NCBI RefSeq assembly: GCF_009914755.1
Contig: NC_060938.1
Length of the DNA stretch: 64,000 nt
Strand: one strand, 5' to 3'
Origin: the human T2T-CHM13v2.0 reference genome, Homo sapiens
The position numbers were made by a program, and so were the translations under genes. The notes under the pieces are model-generated. The model did not search any database and was not told where the DNA came from. It saw only the letters and a program-made list of their open reading frames with translations. Within the stretch, counting starts at the first letter, position 1; each line of letters begins with the position of its first letter. Below are positions 1 through 20,950 of the stretch, piece after piece.

Positions 1-227
1 ATTAATTCAGGCTTTGTTTCCAAATATCACAGGAATATTCATTTACCTTTGCTATTAAAGATATTCCAGTGGAAAAATTGGCGAAGCTCCAACCTGTGGT
101 GACTTAGGTTATTTTCACAGTAATAAGAAAGTCTAACTCAGCAACCATTTACTGTGAATTTGTTTTTCTCTTATAGTCCCTGTGAGACTTTATGGGATAG
201 GATGTTTTACTCTTCTTTATACCTTCC

Positions 228-940
228 TGTGGTAGGCTGAACACTGGCCCTCAAAGATACAAAGGTCTTAATTCCTGGAATCTATGACTGTTTCATTATA
301 TGACAAAAGGGACTTTACAAAGTATGTTGAGATGGAGAGAGTATCCTTGTTTATCTGGGGGGGTCCTTAATATAATCACAAATGTCCTCATAAGAGAGGC
401 AGAGGGAGATGTGACTACAGATGAGAAAGTGGTATGATGATAGCATGATGTCCTGTGCAGAAAAGAGCCACAAGCCAAGGAAGACAGGCAGCCACTACAA
501 GCTGAAAAAGGTAAGGAAATGGATTTTCTTCTCACAGCCTCCAGAAGGAATTGGGCCTGCAACACTTTGACTTTAGTCCAGTGAAACTGATTTCATACTT
601 CTGACCTCCAGAACTAAAAGACAATAAATGAGGCTGAGCATGGTGGCTCATGCCAGTAATGCCAGAACTTTGGGAGGCCAAGGTGGGAGGACTGCTTGAG
701 CCCAGGAGTTTGAGACCCACCTGGGCAACATAGCGAGACCTCATCTCTACCAAAAAAAAAAAAAAAAAAAAGGAAGAGGTGACTCTCTTGAGTACATCTG
801 CACTCCCCTTTCTTAAGTGTGTACTTTTCACCAAAGGAAAAAAAAAAAAGAAAGAAACAAAGGCAGAAAGAATAAATGTGTGTTATTCGAAGTCACTAAA
901 TCTGTTGTAATTTGTTACAGTAGCTATATGAACAAAATAC
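228..940 (+). mobile_element. MLT1 (ERVL-MaLR) solo LTR, MLT1C/D-like, interrupted by an Alu monomer insertion
   Basis: Starts tgtggtaggctgaa...ggccctcaaagat; contains aatcacaaatgtcctcataagagaggcagagggagat and cttctgacctccagaact...aataaatg; ends gtaatttgttacagtagc...aataca. Confidence 0.8.
632..771 (+). mobile_element. Alu left monomer / FLAM
   Basis: ggctgagcatggtggctcatgcc...gagacctcatctctac followed by an A tail. Confidence 0.9.
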
Positions 941-1229
941 ACCCTTTTGACAGTTTGGCGATAATCTGTACATAATCTGCCCTAAAATATTGAACAGAAT
1001 TAACATAAAGACCATTCCAGTTCAGATTTATCAAAATTCTCTTGTATTTTCTACCAAGTAAATGAAAATATCTTAAACACATGGAAATCACTGAAAATGT
1101 AGTTCTTTAAAGCACATAGGGAAAAAGTAAAAAAGCAGTAGCATCTTCAGTCGTATTTGCAGCTCATAGTGTCAGTTGCAGAAAAAGTAGTCATGACTTT
1201 AGTACAAAAGTACAACTCAAAAACTTCAC

Positions 1230-1357
1230 GGGTTTGGCACAGTGGCTCGTGTGTAATCCCTGCCACTTGGGAGGCTGAGGCAGGAGGATCACTTGAGCTC
1301 AGAAGTTCGAGGCTGCAGTGAGCTAAGACTGTGCCACCGCACTCCCGTCTGGAAAAA
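1230..1357 (+). mobile_element. Alu monomer (FLAM/FRAM-like)
   Basis: gtggctcgtgtgtaatccc...ggctgcagtgagc...gcactcc. Confidence 0.8.
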
Positions 1358-1880
1358 CACCCTGTATTTACAAAGTGAGAGAAAAGAACCCAAAAAGTAG
1401 TTACATGGGCTTGATCTTACTTTTGCTTTACAATAGCTACAACAATCTAAGGTAAGAATACAAACCAGGTAAGTAACATAGCTGCATTCACAGGAAAGTA
1501 TTCCTGAATACTGAACAAGGAGATAAGCAGTCCATAGACGTTTCAGAGGATTTCTCACTTAAATGGTACTTGACTGCAAGTTACCACTGTTTTACTCGGC
1601 CATAGGTTGCAGTGCAGTCCAGGCTCCACAAGAAAGAATTTGAAAAGCAGAAACAGTCACGTGGCTTTCATCGGTAACATATTTTGTATCTATTAAATTA
1701 TTTAATCCTCAGAACTCTAAGTAGTCAAGTTTGGTATTTATTTCAATTATACAGGTGAAAAAGCTGATGCTGACTTGTCCAGTCAAAGGTCAGTAACTGG
1801 TGCCTACTGCGATGTCTTTCCTCTAGATCATTTTACCTTGGTAACAATCGATTAATTCACTTCTAGGTGTGTTTTATTGA

Positions 1881-2169
<289 letters not shown>

Positions 2170-2193
2170 TTTTATTGACTTTAAATAATTTCA

Positions 2194-2620
<427 letters not shown>

Positions 2621-3197
2621 CTAAAGAAAACACAAGAATGAGTAATGTCTAACACTGCTTCGCGTGAAAATGAGAACACTCACAGTACCTACCTCTTTAG
2701 ATAGCCATGTGGTTTAAATGATATAATAGACCAGTTGCTGGTATCATACCACATCCCATACTACGGGTCGTCTCTTCCCAAGTGAAAATCTGCTTTCTGG
2801 CCTACAAAAGGATTATACTAAACCCTTTTAGTGGTGGGGAGAGTATCCGTGGAGAGGAAAGAGCAGGAGGAAACAGGTCTTTCCCTGAAAATGAGCAAGG
2901 GCGTTTGGCTTTTATTGAAAAACGCCCCAGAGGAAGTACTGGGAACTGCACCGGCAACAGCAGCCTGACCCGCAGAAGTTTCTTTGGCCAGGGCCAGCAC
3001 AGGTTTGACCTGGTGGCTCCGACGGCGGAGCGAGACTGCCAACACGTGCACACTCCGTCCAGACCTCCCACTTCCCTCCGCGCTCCCGCGATAGCTGTCC
3101 AGCAACTCTAGCTTTCTAGACTCAACCACGGCGTCGCCGCTCGTCGAGAGGGCTGCCCATCCCGGGGACCCGCCCAGCCTGGCCCAGCAAAATGTAC

Positions 3198-3275
3198 CTT
3201 AGTAGCCTCAACCTGTACCGGAGAAAACGCAGGCTGCGCGGCGGCTTAGAGCGGTCAAGTGGAACCCCGCCTCGA
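3198..3275 (-). other. WDR89: Probable non-coding first exon of WDR89 (boundaries approximate)
   Basis: Minus-strand donor candidates AAG|GTACAT (exon end 3198) and CAG|GTTGAG (exon end 3213), immediately downstream of the minus-oriented CCAAT boxes. TSS inferred. Confidence 0.5.
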
Positions 3276-3875
3276 CCTCTCTGATTGGGTAATGCGCACA
3301 AGAAAATCAAGAGGATTGGTCGGCTGCAGAGAGGCGGCCCGTAACGCGACGCGAAAGAAGTGGGGCATAGCGGCCCGGGGAATTCTTGCTAGCTTCCGAT
3401 TGGACGAAAGCAGAACGCCTGCCCCTTCGTAGACCCAGCGTACGTACAACGCTCACACCACCACGCCGTACGCTGCGTTAGCGGAAGTTTAATGGCCCCA
3501 TTGGTGGGATGCGTGGCCAATAAAGGGCAAGAATAAGGCGGATTCCGCCTTCCTCGTGGCTGACTGGATGCATCCGCTGGTACTGATTTACGTGAGTTTC
3601 AGCATTTAGACGTTCCGAGTTTCCACCGAGCCAGAGTTGGGTAGAGAGTTATTAAGATGACTAGGAGACTAATGCGGGGAGAAATAATTTAGTAGTTAGA
3701 CTCAGGCCCTGAAACTACCACTCGTGTTCAGAAAGTCTACGTAATACCTTATTGTTTTCACGCGAAGAAACCAGCCCTTCAGGCCGGGCTGAATGTGGTT
3801 TAGGGATTCTCTGGCTGTCATTGGGTGAAAAAGCGATCAGTTTGAAGGTAGCTCCGCCTGGGCTCTAGGGAACTC

Positions 3876-3890
3876 TGGGATTTGTAGTCC
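3876..3890 (-). promoter_or_regulatory. ZNF143/THAP11-HCFC1 associated motif ACTACAnnTCCCA
   Basis: Plus tgggatttgtagtcc = minus GGACTACAAATCCCA. Confidence 0.75.
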
Positions 3891-4850
3891 GGAACTTTCG
3901 AGTCCTGTAGCTTTAAATGTGGTTGTTGCTACTGAGTTCTTTCATGTTGTTAATAACACCCATTGACATTTATTGTGGTTTGTTGGACTTTTTATCCTTT
4001 CGTTTATCAGCAGCATTAAAGACAACATTTAAGAAATGTGTAAACACTGCATGTATGTTCGTAAACAATAAATGTTAGTGTTTCCAACAATTTACTGCTG
4101 TGCCTAGCTGTATACTATATGTTCATGCTTACTGTACTAAGTAGATACTAAAATTATTTGTTTCTAAAACTTTTGCTGTTACAACAAAACAGTCTGATTT
4201 TCATATTAGTGTCCATTTACGATTATTTGAACCCTACATTTAGCAATTATGTGTACTGTGATGGCATAGGTAGCAGCTGCTTACATGAATCAAGTGTTGT
4301 TATGACATGAAGCAGAACTGGCTGCTATCTTCACAGGAAAATAGGGCTATGCTTAAAATGTCAAGCAAGACCACCATCAGGAGGAATACACATTGTATAT
4401 TATTAAAGACTGTATTATAGTGTCTATTTTCAGCCTTTATTAAAACAGTTTTAGGACAGGCTTTTCCTGAGTCTATAGAATCCTGAACTCTTCTGTGAGC
4501 TAATTTAGCGGTATTTCATTTTTGTGTCTAGCAAAAGTAAAACCATTAATAAATACCAAAAACTTGCTGAGTAGACTTTTCGCTTTCGAAAAATTTTAAT
4601 ATTTTTTTCCTATTTTACATGTAATACAAACTTTCGACTGTAGAAGAAAAAAACATGATTTCGGATGTATGTAATACTTCTACACTTCTAGATTAAAATT
4701 AAGTACACTTTACAGAATTAAAGCTAAGCAAAAACTGCGTTCATTACTGATGCTTGTAATTATTGCATTTTTGTTTAAAATATCGAATTATTTTTGTCAT
4801 TTTTGTATCTTATTTCTAAATGATTAGAGAAGGTTTCAGGTTGTTTGTAA

Positions 4851-5460
<610 letters not shown>

Positions 5461-5814
5461 ATGCTCGTTTTTATTCCCAATAAATGAAGAGCGAAATTGG
5501 GTGTAAATCATCGATATATTTATCCTTGTAATATTCTATGTGATGTAGTAGGTGAAACATATGGATGGGTGAAGATGACTCTGGCAAAAATGCAGAATTA
5601 TATTTTTAATGCTTTTCATTAGCTAGCATTTTAATGGTATTTTCCTTTTGCCTCTTATTTTAAATCAGTAGTTCATTTAACATGTTAATTAAATGTCATA
5701 TAACTAAGAATAAACACCATTAAAAACTGAATCAAGGCTACTGTGGTTAGCGCTGTTTAGCTGAATGATAGATCAGCTGAGTGACTAAACTGTGGCCACA
5801 TTTGGCTGATTTAA

Positions 5815-6156
<342 letters not shown>

Positions 6157-6299
6157 AAAATGTTCTATTTTAAAGAAAAAAATTATTATTTTGAGAATTT
6201 AAAAAACATATTTAAACAGGCACCATTACTACCTTTAACAGTGTGAACCTGTGAATCATCTTTGTACTCTGTTGGGAAATAGTTTAAGAAGTGAACTCA

Positions 6300-6470
6300 G
6301 GCTGGGTATGGTAGTGCACACCTGTAATCCCAGCAGTTTGGGAGGCTGAAATGGGAGGATTGCTTCAGCCCAGGAGACAGAGGTTACAATGAATCATCAT
6401 CTCAACACTGCACTCCAGCCTGGATGACAGAGTGAGACCCTGTCTAAAACAAAACTAAACAAAAAAAAGA
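6300..6470 (+). mobile_element. Alu monomer (FRAM-like)
   Basis: ggctgggtatggtagtgcacacctgtaatccc...gagaccctgtct plus tail. Confidence 0.85.
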
Positions 6471-6632
6471 ACCAAGTAAACTCAAAGTGAGATGAATGAA
6501 ACGACTCTTGAGATGCAGGAAGAGAATATTAGAACCCTTATTTGTATGTCCTTTTTATTCTCAACATTTTTCTTTACATTTCTGTGTTTTTAAATTTTTT
6601 ACATATAACAATATAAGCTTTTTTAAAAATCT

Positions 6633-7034
6633 TTTTTTGTTTGTTTGTTTTTTGTTTTGTTTTGAGACAGAGTTTCGCTGTTGTTGCCAAGGCTGGAGTG
6701 CAGTGGTGTGATCTGGCTCACCACAACCTCTGCCTCCCGGATTCAAGCGATTCTCCTGCCTCAGCCTCCCCAGTAGCTGGGATTACAGGCATTCACCACT
6801 ATGCCTGGCTAATTGTATTTTGAGTAGAGATGGAGTTTCTCTATGTTGGTCAGGCTGGTCTCGAAGTCCCGATCTCAGGTGAGCCACCATGCCTGGCCCT
6901 TTTTTTTTTTCTTTAATAGGGGCAGGGTCTCACTATGTTGGCCAGGCTGGTCTCAAACTCCTGGCCTCAAGTGGATCCTTCCACCTCGGCCTCCAAAGAG
7001 CCAAGATTACAGACATGAGCCACTAAGCCTGGCC
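6633..7034 (-). mobile_element. Internally deleted Alu plus an adjacent Alu monomer
   Basis: Alu consensus motifs. Confidence 0.85.
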
Positions 7035-7223
7035 ATTTTTGCAATGTATATGTAAAAATATATATGTATTGAGTAAGTGGTAAAATTTTTTTGAGAAATA
7101 TGTGATCAAAACCATATTTGGAGTTGGGACATGACAACTGCAATTTGAAGATCTTGTGGGGAGAGAAGTCAAAGAAAAAAACACAAATGTTTTAGTTAGT
7201 ATCTAATATGAAAGAATGGTATT

Positions 7224-7668
7224 GGCCAGTTAGCTCAGGTGGTTAGAACTGTGAAAAGAAAATAATCTCAGGACCCCAAAATCACTAAGCCAAAAGGAAA
7301 AGTCAAGCTGGGAACTGTGTCGGGCAAACCTGCCTCCCATTCTATTCCTCAATGAGATAGCTGCAAGGATAAAACAACTGCTTACCTCCTTCATCACAAT
7401 TTGCCACAAGGAAATTCCTTGTGGACTTCCTCCCTACTTCAAGTTATTCCACCTTTCCAGACTGAACCAATGTACATTACATATATTAATTGATGTCTCG
7501 TCTCCCTAAAATGTATACAACCCAGCTGTGCCCTGAACACCTTGGGCACATGTCCTCAGGACCTCTGGAGGCTGCCGTGGGCACATCCTTGACCTTGGCA
7601 AAGTAAACTTCCTAAATTGATGAGGCTTGTCTCAGATACTCTTTGGTTTGCAGAATGTATTGCTGATA
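7224..7668 (+). pseudogene. tRNA-Ile 5'-half retrocopy split by an LTR (pieces 7224-7249 and 7657-7668)
   Basis: ggccagttagctcaggtggttagaac + gtattgctgata, compared with tRNA-Ile GGCCGGTTAGCTCAGTTGGTTAGAGCGTGGTGCTAATA. Confidence 0.65.
7250..7652 (+). mobile_element. MER4-family ERV1 solo LTR (internally deleted)
   Basis: tgtgaaaagaaaataatctcaggaccccaaaatcactaagcc...gtctcagatactctttggtttgca; TG...CA ends; 4-bp TSD gaac/gaat. Confidence 0.9.
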
Positions 7669-7754
7669 TGAAGGAAAACTTGAGTTCTTATATCTAAAGT
7701 AGAAAAAAAAATAGGCTGAATGCTATTCTTTAATTTGTCACTTAAGAGCTACTT

Positions 7755-8503
<749 letters not shown>

Positions 8504-8678
8504 ACTACCATGAAAAAAAATGTAAAGAAATGGTTTTAAATTGCAGCGTTAAGGGTTTAAGTCATTAAGAAACGATTTACCATTAAAAATTATATACACC
8601 CACACATACACTCATATATATTGTTAAAATATGCCATGAAGTCCAAATTATACACAATACTTAAATAAGTAACTAATG

Positions 8679-8806
8679 AGCTGGGTGCAGTGGTGCACCC
8701 TTGTAATCCCAGCTACTTGGGAAGCTGAAGCAAGAGGATCACTTGAGCCCAGAAGTTCAAGACCAGCCTGAGCAATATAGCAAGACCCTCTCTTAAAAAA
8801 AAAAAA
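8679..8806 (+). mobile_element. Alu monomer (FLAM)
   Basis: Alu left-arm motifs plus A tail. Confidence 0.85.
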
Positions 8807-8846
8807 TTGTATGTCATACTACTTGCAAGTTCTCACGCCCAGTCAC

Positions 8847-9030
8847 TGTATCAGGGCTCCATCAGGAAAATAAAATCAATAGGAGACATATATTAAGGGT
8901 TTTTTTGGCAAGGAGTTGACATACAGTTGTGGCAGCTCCCTAGGTAAGTGTAAAATCGGCAGAGCAAGCCATCAGGAAAGGCAGGCTGGAACTCAGGCAT
9001 GAGCTGAAGCTGCAGTCTAAAGCAGAATTT
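8847..9030 (-). mobile_element. MLT2 (ERVL) LTR fragment
   Basis: tgtatcagggctccatcagg...aaggcaggctggaactcaggcatgagctgaagctgcagtc. Confidence 0.65.
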
Positions 9031-9297
9031 TGGCTGGACGCGGTTGCTCATGCCTGTAATCCCAGCACTTTGGGAGGCTGAGGCAGGAGCATTACTTGAT
9101 CCCAGGAGTTCAAGGCTGCAGTGAGTTAACGATCACATCACTCCATCCTGGGCAACAGTGAGACTCCATCTCAAAAAAAAAGAGAAGGAACAGCAACTCA
9201 GAGCAGCCTAAGCTATGTGAAGTATGCAAAACTTGTTAGGCTTACAGAGACATGACTTTTGAGACCTCAGTCATCCCCCACCCACACCAACCCACAC

Positions 9298-10666
<1,369 letters not shown>

Positions 10667-10703
10667 ATACCCAGGGGCAACTGTTTAAAGACATTTTATT
10701 CTG

Positions 10704-10970
10704 TCCGGGTGTGGCGGCTTACGCCTATGATCCCAGCACTCTGGGAGGCAAGGCACATGGATCACTTGAGGCCAGGAGTTCTGAGACCAGCCTGACCAAC
10801 ATGGTAAAACCCCATCTCTACTAAAAATACAAAAATTAGCCGTTCCTGTAATCCCAGCTACTCGGGCGGCTGAGGCAGGAGAATCCGCTTGAACCAAGGA
10901 GGCGGAGCTTGCAGTGAGTCAAGATCGCACCACTGCACTCCAGCCTGGGCAACAGAGTGAGGCTCTGTCA
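10704..10970 (+). mobile_element. Alu with an aberrant 3' end
   Basis: Dimer flanked by a 16-bp TSD aaagacattttattct; A tail replaced by templated snippets and (TA)n. Confidence 0.9.
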
Positions 10971-11017
10971 TCGCGACGCTCTGTCACAGCGATGACAGAG
11001 TGAGGCTTGACACAGCG

Positions 11018-11092
11018 ATATATGTATATATACATGTATATATGTATATATATCATATGTACATATGTGTATCATATGTATACATATATATG
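11018..11092. repeat. (TA/TG/CA)n simple repeat
   Basis: atatatgtatatatacatgtata... Confidence 0.9.
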
Positions 11093-12358
11093 ATAAAGAC
11101 ATTTTATTCTTTCTTTCCCTGTAGTTGCCAGACTAGCTGATAAATTACCTAAAATGTTGTTAAAGTTGCAGAGTAGGAGCCTCACCCATTATCTTCATGT
11201 TCCTGGAATTTGTTATACAAGGAACAGTGTATTGCCAATCAATAGCTTATGTTATTTGAATGAACCAATATAAGAACTGCCCCACTTTTTAAAACCCACC
11301 TGAATATATGCTGCTAATCAGAGCATATATTCAAGGCAACTTGAATCTGTCTCTCCCAGGTTGCAGTCCTCAAATTCGACCTAAATAAACTCTACTTATA
11401 TTAATTTTTGCCTCACTTTCTTTAGGTTGACAGTCTTATATTTGTGGGAGTGAGTCAGTATAAGCATACAAGATGTACAAACTAATCCTATTTTCCCCTC
11501 TTTTTTTTTGTTTGTTGTTGTGGCAGGGTCTTGCTCCATAGCTCAGTCTGGAATGCAGTGGTCCAATCTTGGCTCAGTATTCCCCCTCTGTTAAAATACA
11601 TTTAAAAGGAACAGCCCTAACCTCACACTCCATTCCAGCCTGGCTCTCTAACTTTCTGCCTCATTCCACTGGCTAGTCCTTAAGACCCTGACCTAATACT
11701 CTCTTTTTGAAGTCTCTGGCTCCAATCTTAAGCACCATATTCTTTTGCCCAAATCTGGAATCCCAGGGCCTCTTGAAGGTTTCCCAATACATGTAAGGCC
11801 CACTCCTAGGCATGCATGCCTGCCTCTACTACGTAAGGAGTACTTCTGGAAGCCACCAGCTCTAGAGTTTCTGAAAATGTCAACAAGACTGCCTTTGAAA
11901 CCAGAGGGTGGGTGGTGGTGAGAACATCCTGTGAAGGGTGCCAGCTGGTTTATACCAGTCAGTGTGCCAAACTGCTCTTCTAAAGATAAGAGGTGGTGCT
12001 GTTTTAATTCCTTCAGTTTTAAGATGCACTTTACTATTACCCTTTTTAGTTTAGAAAGAAGAAAGTTGACGAAGAGGCAGGGCTAGCTCTGAAACCGATA
12101 ATTATGTTAATCAAAAATCCCACCCACCTCCAGAAAACCTTTTCACAGAGCTGCCAAAAGTGGTGAATTGATTGGTTTAAGCAGTATGTTCTCTTCATGC
12201 CACTTTCTTTTTTTTCTTTTTTTTTTCTTCCTGCCACTTTCAAGCTAAAAGAGTGAACAAATAGTAAAATAGCTACACTAAATGGAGTTAAGAGGAGAAA
12301 AAAGGAAGGCCAGACTATCTGACAAACCAGTGTCTGGGTCTTCTATTTAAGAATTAGA

Positions 12359-12645
<287 letters not shown>

Positions 12646-12689
12646 TTAGGACCATACTTTTATTTTATTTTATTATTTTTTAGACAGGA

Positions 12690-13216
<527 letters not shown>

Positions 13217-13288
13217 AGGGCCAAAAGGAGCAGCTTGGGATCCTTATTCTGTGAAAAGAAGTTCACTTCTTTCTTAATTCAGATTTTG

Positions 13289-13675
<387 letters not shown>

Positions 13676-13884
13676 CTAAATATATATAAATTAAGAGCTG
13701 AGAAAGTTATTGCTAAGCTAAATTCAACCAATTACACTGTTTTTTTCTGCTCTCTCCTTGCACCTATTTTATTCTAATTCTGTTTGTCAGGCTACTTACT
13801 TTTATAATCTTTTTTAGTGTGGAAACAGTAGAAAAAAGGTAGAGAAAAATGATATCATGAACACTTGTTTTTAATTTGAAAATT

Positions 13885-14880
<996 letters not shown>

Positions 14881-15024
14881 CCAAAAAGGATATGTTTGCT
14901 GAGCCCTTTAATTGTTGAAAATGAACCTTGAAAAAAAGAAAAATTAATGATAGGACTAGGAATGTACACCATCCAGGAGGTAGAATTAAGAAAGTTTAAA
15001 TGCAATATGTGAAAACTATACGCA

Positions 15025-17500
<2,476 letters not shown>

Positions 17501-17949
17501 CCTTATTTGACTACTTCTTGAAGCAAAATGCGCAGTGAAAAGAAAACTGTTTCTTTCAAAAAACAAAATCATAAATATATACCTAGTATAAGCGGGATAA
17601 ATTATACCCTTTGTCCTCAGCCCCTGCGAGAATGCTCAGGGCAGAAGATAAATCTCCCTCTTTCCCCATACAGATGCCTTAACTACCTATTTGATCAGCT
17701 AAGATAAGGAAAAGCAAGGATTTCAAAGCCTTGCTGGGTCCTTGAGTATTAGATGATAGCCCTGCAGGTAGAAGACTCTGTAACATGAAACTATCATTAT
17801 GGTTCTCATTCCTTATGTGCAAGTAGGCCTCTGGGCGTGATTAGGAAATTGGAGGATAAAAAATGAGGAACAGAAACCACTCTGCACAAATAACATAAAG
17901 TACTACATTACATGGAATGTGTTTTATTTAGAAAAATATTTCTCTTTAA

Positions 17950-18140
17950 CGTGATTCACTCAAGAGATGTTATTCATCACCTATTATGCGCCAGGTATAT
18001 TCTGAGTCCTGGAGAGACAACATTTAACAAAGTCCCTGTCCTCATGTAGTTTATTTTCTCGTGGGCAAACAGACAATATCTATTATTTTTATTAAAAACA
18101 ATGTAAGGTAATTTCAGCCAATGATAAGTATGCTGCCGGG
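17950..18140 (-). mobile_element. L2 3' fragment
   Basis: attcactcaagagatgttattcatcacctattatgcgccagg...ccctgtcctcatgtagttta. Confidence 0.6.
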
Positions 18141-18189
18141 TGAGATATTCAAAATATTTAACACAGGTATGGCCAGCTTGGTGTCACAT

Positions 18190-18322
18190 CTTCATGTTCT
18201 CTCTTGTATTTGCTGTCTCCCTTCCTGCCTCACTTCCCTTTCCTGCTCACTCCAACTTCCTTGACATTGAACTTCCCAAAAAAGTGTTAGTATATAAGCT
18301 TTAGTTTGTGATTGTGTTCCCA
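18190..18322 (+). mobile_element. LTR33-like ERVL LTR fragment
   Basis: ttcctgcctcacttccctttcc...cccaaaaaagtgttagtatataagcttt. Confidence 0.45.
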
Positions 18323-18859
18323 TATACTCCCCATCTTACCCCCACATCACCCCCAATTAGAACATAGGCCAACCTTAGCCTTCTTGTGACAAGTGTTATA
18401 CTTTTAGTTGCTGGATCTTGGGAAGGTCTAGGAGATGCTGGGATAGCAAGATCAGGGGATGTCTTGGGAAACACCACACCATCCTCTAATTCTCCTCCAT
18501 CCCAGTTCTCTTTCAGTCCCTTTGATTCTCCTGAATGTAAGTGTCCCAAAGTCCACAAAAACTTCTGTGTTCCCTCTTTTAGTGGCTTCACCATCCCAGT
18601 CAACCACACTAAAAGACTTAACATCACTTTTGACGCTCAACCTAATCCTCTGCGCTTAGTCACACATTCATAGCACTGTGTGGGGAAGAAAAAGCGTTTT
18701 CATGCACTCTTGCTCTCCCTCTGGATAACACCCTAATTCAGCCTGTCATGATTTATTTGGATTTTGCAATAGCTTGAAACCAACTTTGCATGCCTCCATT
18801 TTCCACCTCTTCCAGCCCTTTGTATTAATAGCACCAATGTTTTAGTGCCTTAAAATATC

Positions 18860-20439
<1,580 letters not shown>

Positions 20440-20512
20440 TGTATTATGTCTTTTTAAAAATTTAAACATGTATTACCTTGGGAAAAAATTAATATTAATA
20501 AGAAGAAACCTT

Positions 20513-20580
20513 TAGACTGTACTTTCAGGGATCATTTCTGTAATTCGTTACTAGAGAAATTTCTCTGAATGTGTAGAGCA
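20513..20580 (+). pseudogene. 3'-truncated U3 snoRNA pseudogene (U3 nt ~1-68)
   Basis: tagactgtactttcagggatcatttctgtaattcgttactagagaaatttctctgaatgtgtagagca. Confidence 0.92.
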
Positions 20581-20626
20581 GTTAATTTTTTTTATTATTT
20601 TAAATAAAATTAAAAAAAAAAAAACT

Positions 20627-20950
<324 letters not shown>

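Larger units (their letters stand above)
2980..3900. promoter_or_regulatory. WDR89: CpG-island promoter (WDR89)
   Basis: The only CpG-dense non-Alu stretch. Five CCAAT/ATTGG boxes (3284, 3315, 3399, 3500, 3517), ETS/GABPA gcggaagt (3481-3488) and cttccg (3393-3398), ZNF143-type motif (3876-3888). Gene identity inferred from its position ~42 kb beyond the SGPP1 3' end. Confidence 0.8.

Noticed and set aside
2782-3449. ORFs over the CpG island
   Set aside because: GC-rich promoter sequence; no WD40 or other recognisable domain. WDR89 coding sequence is not in this window.
7224-7249. Functional tRNA gene or retroviral primer-binding site
   Set aside because: Only the 5' half is present, with no B box or T arm; it lies upstream of the LTR and matches the wrong end of the tRNA for a PBS.
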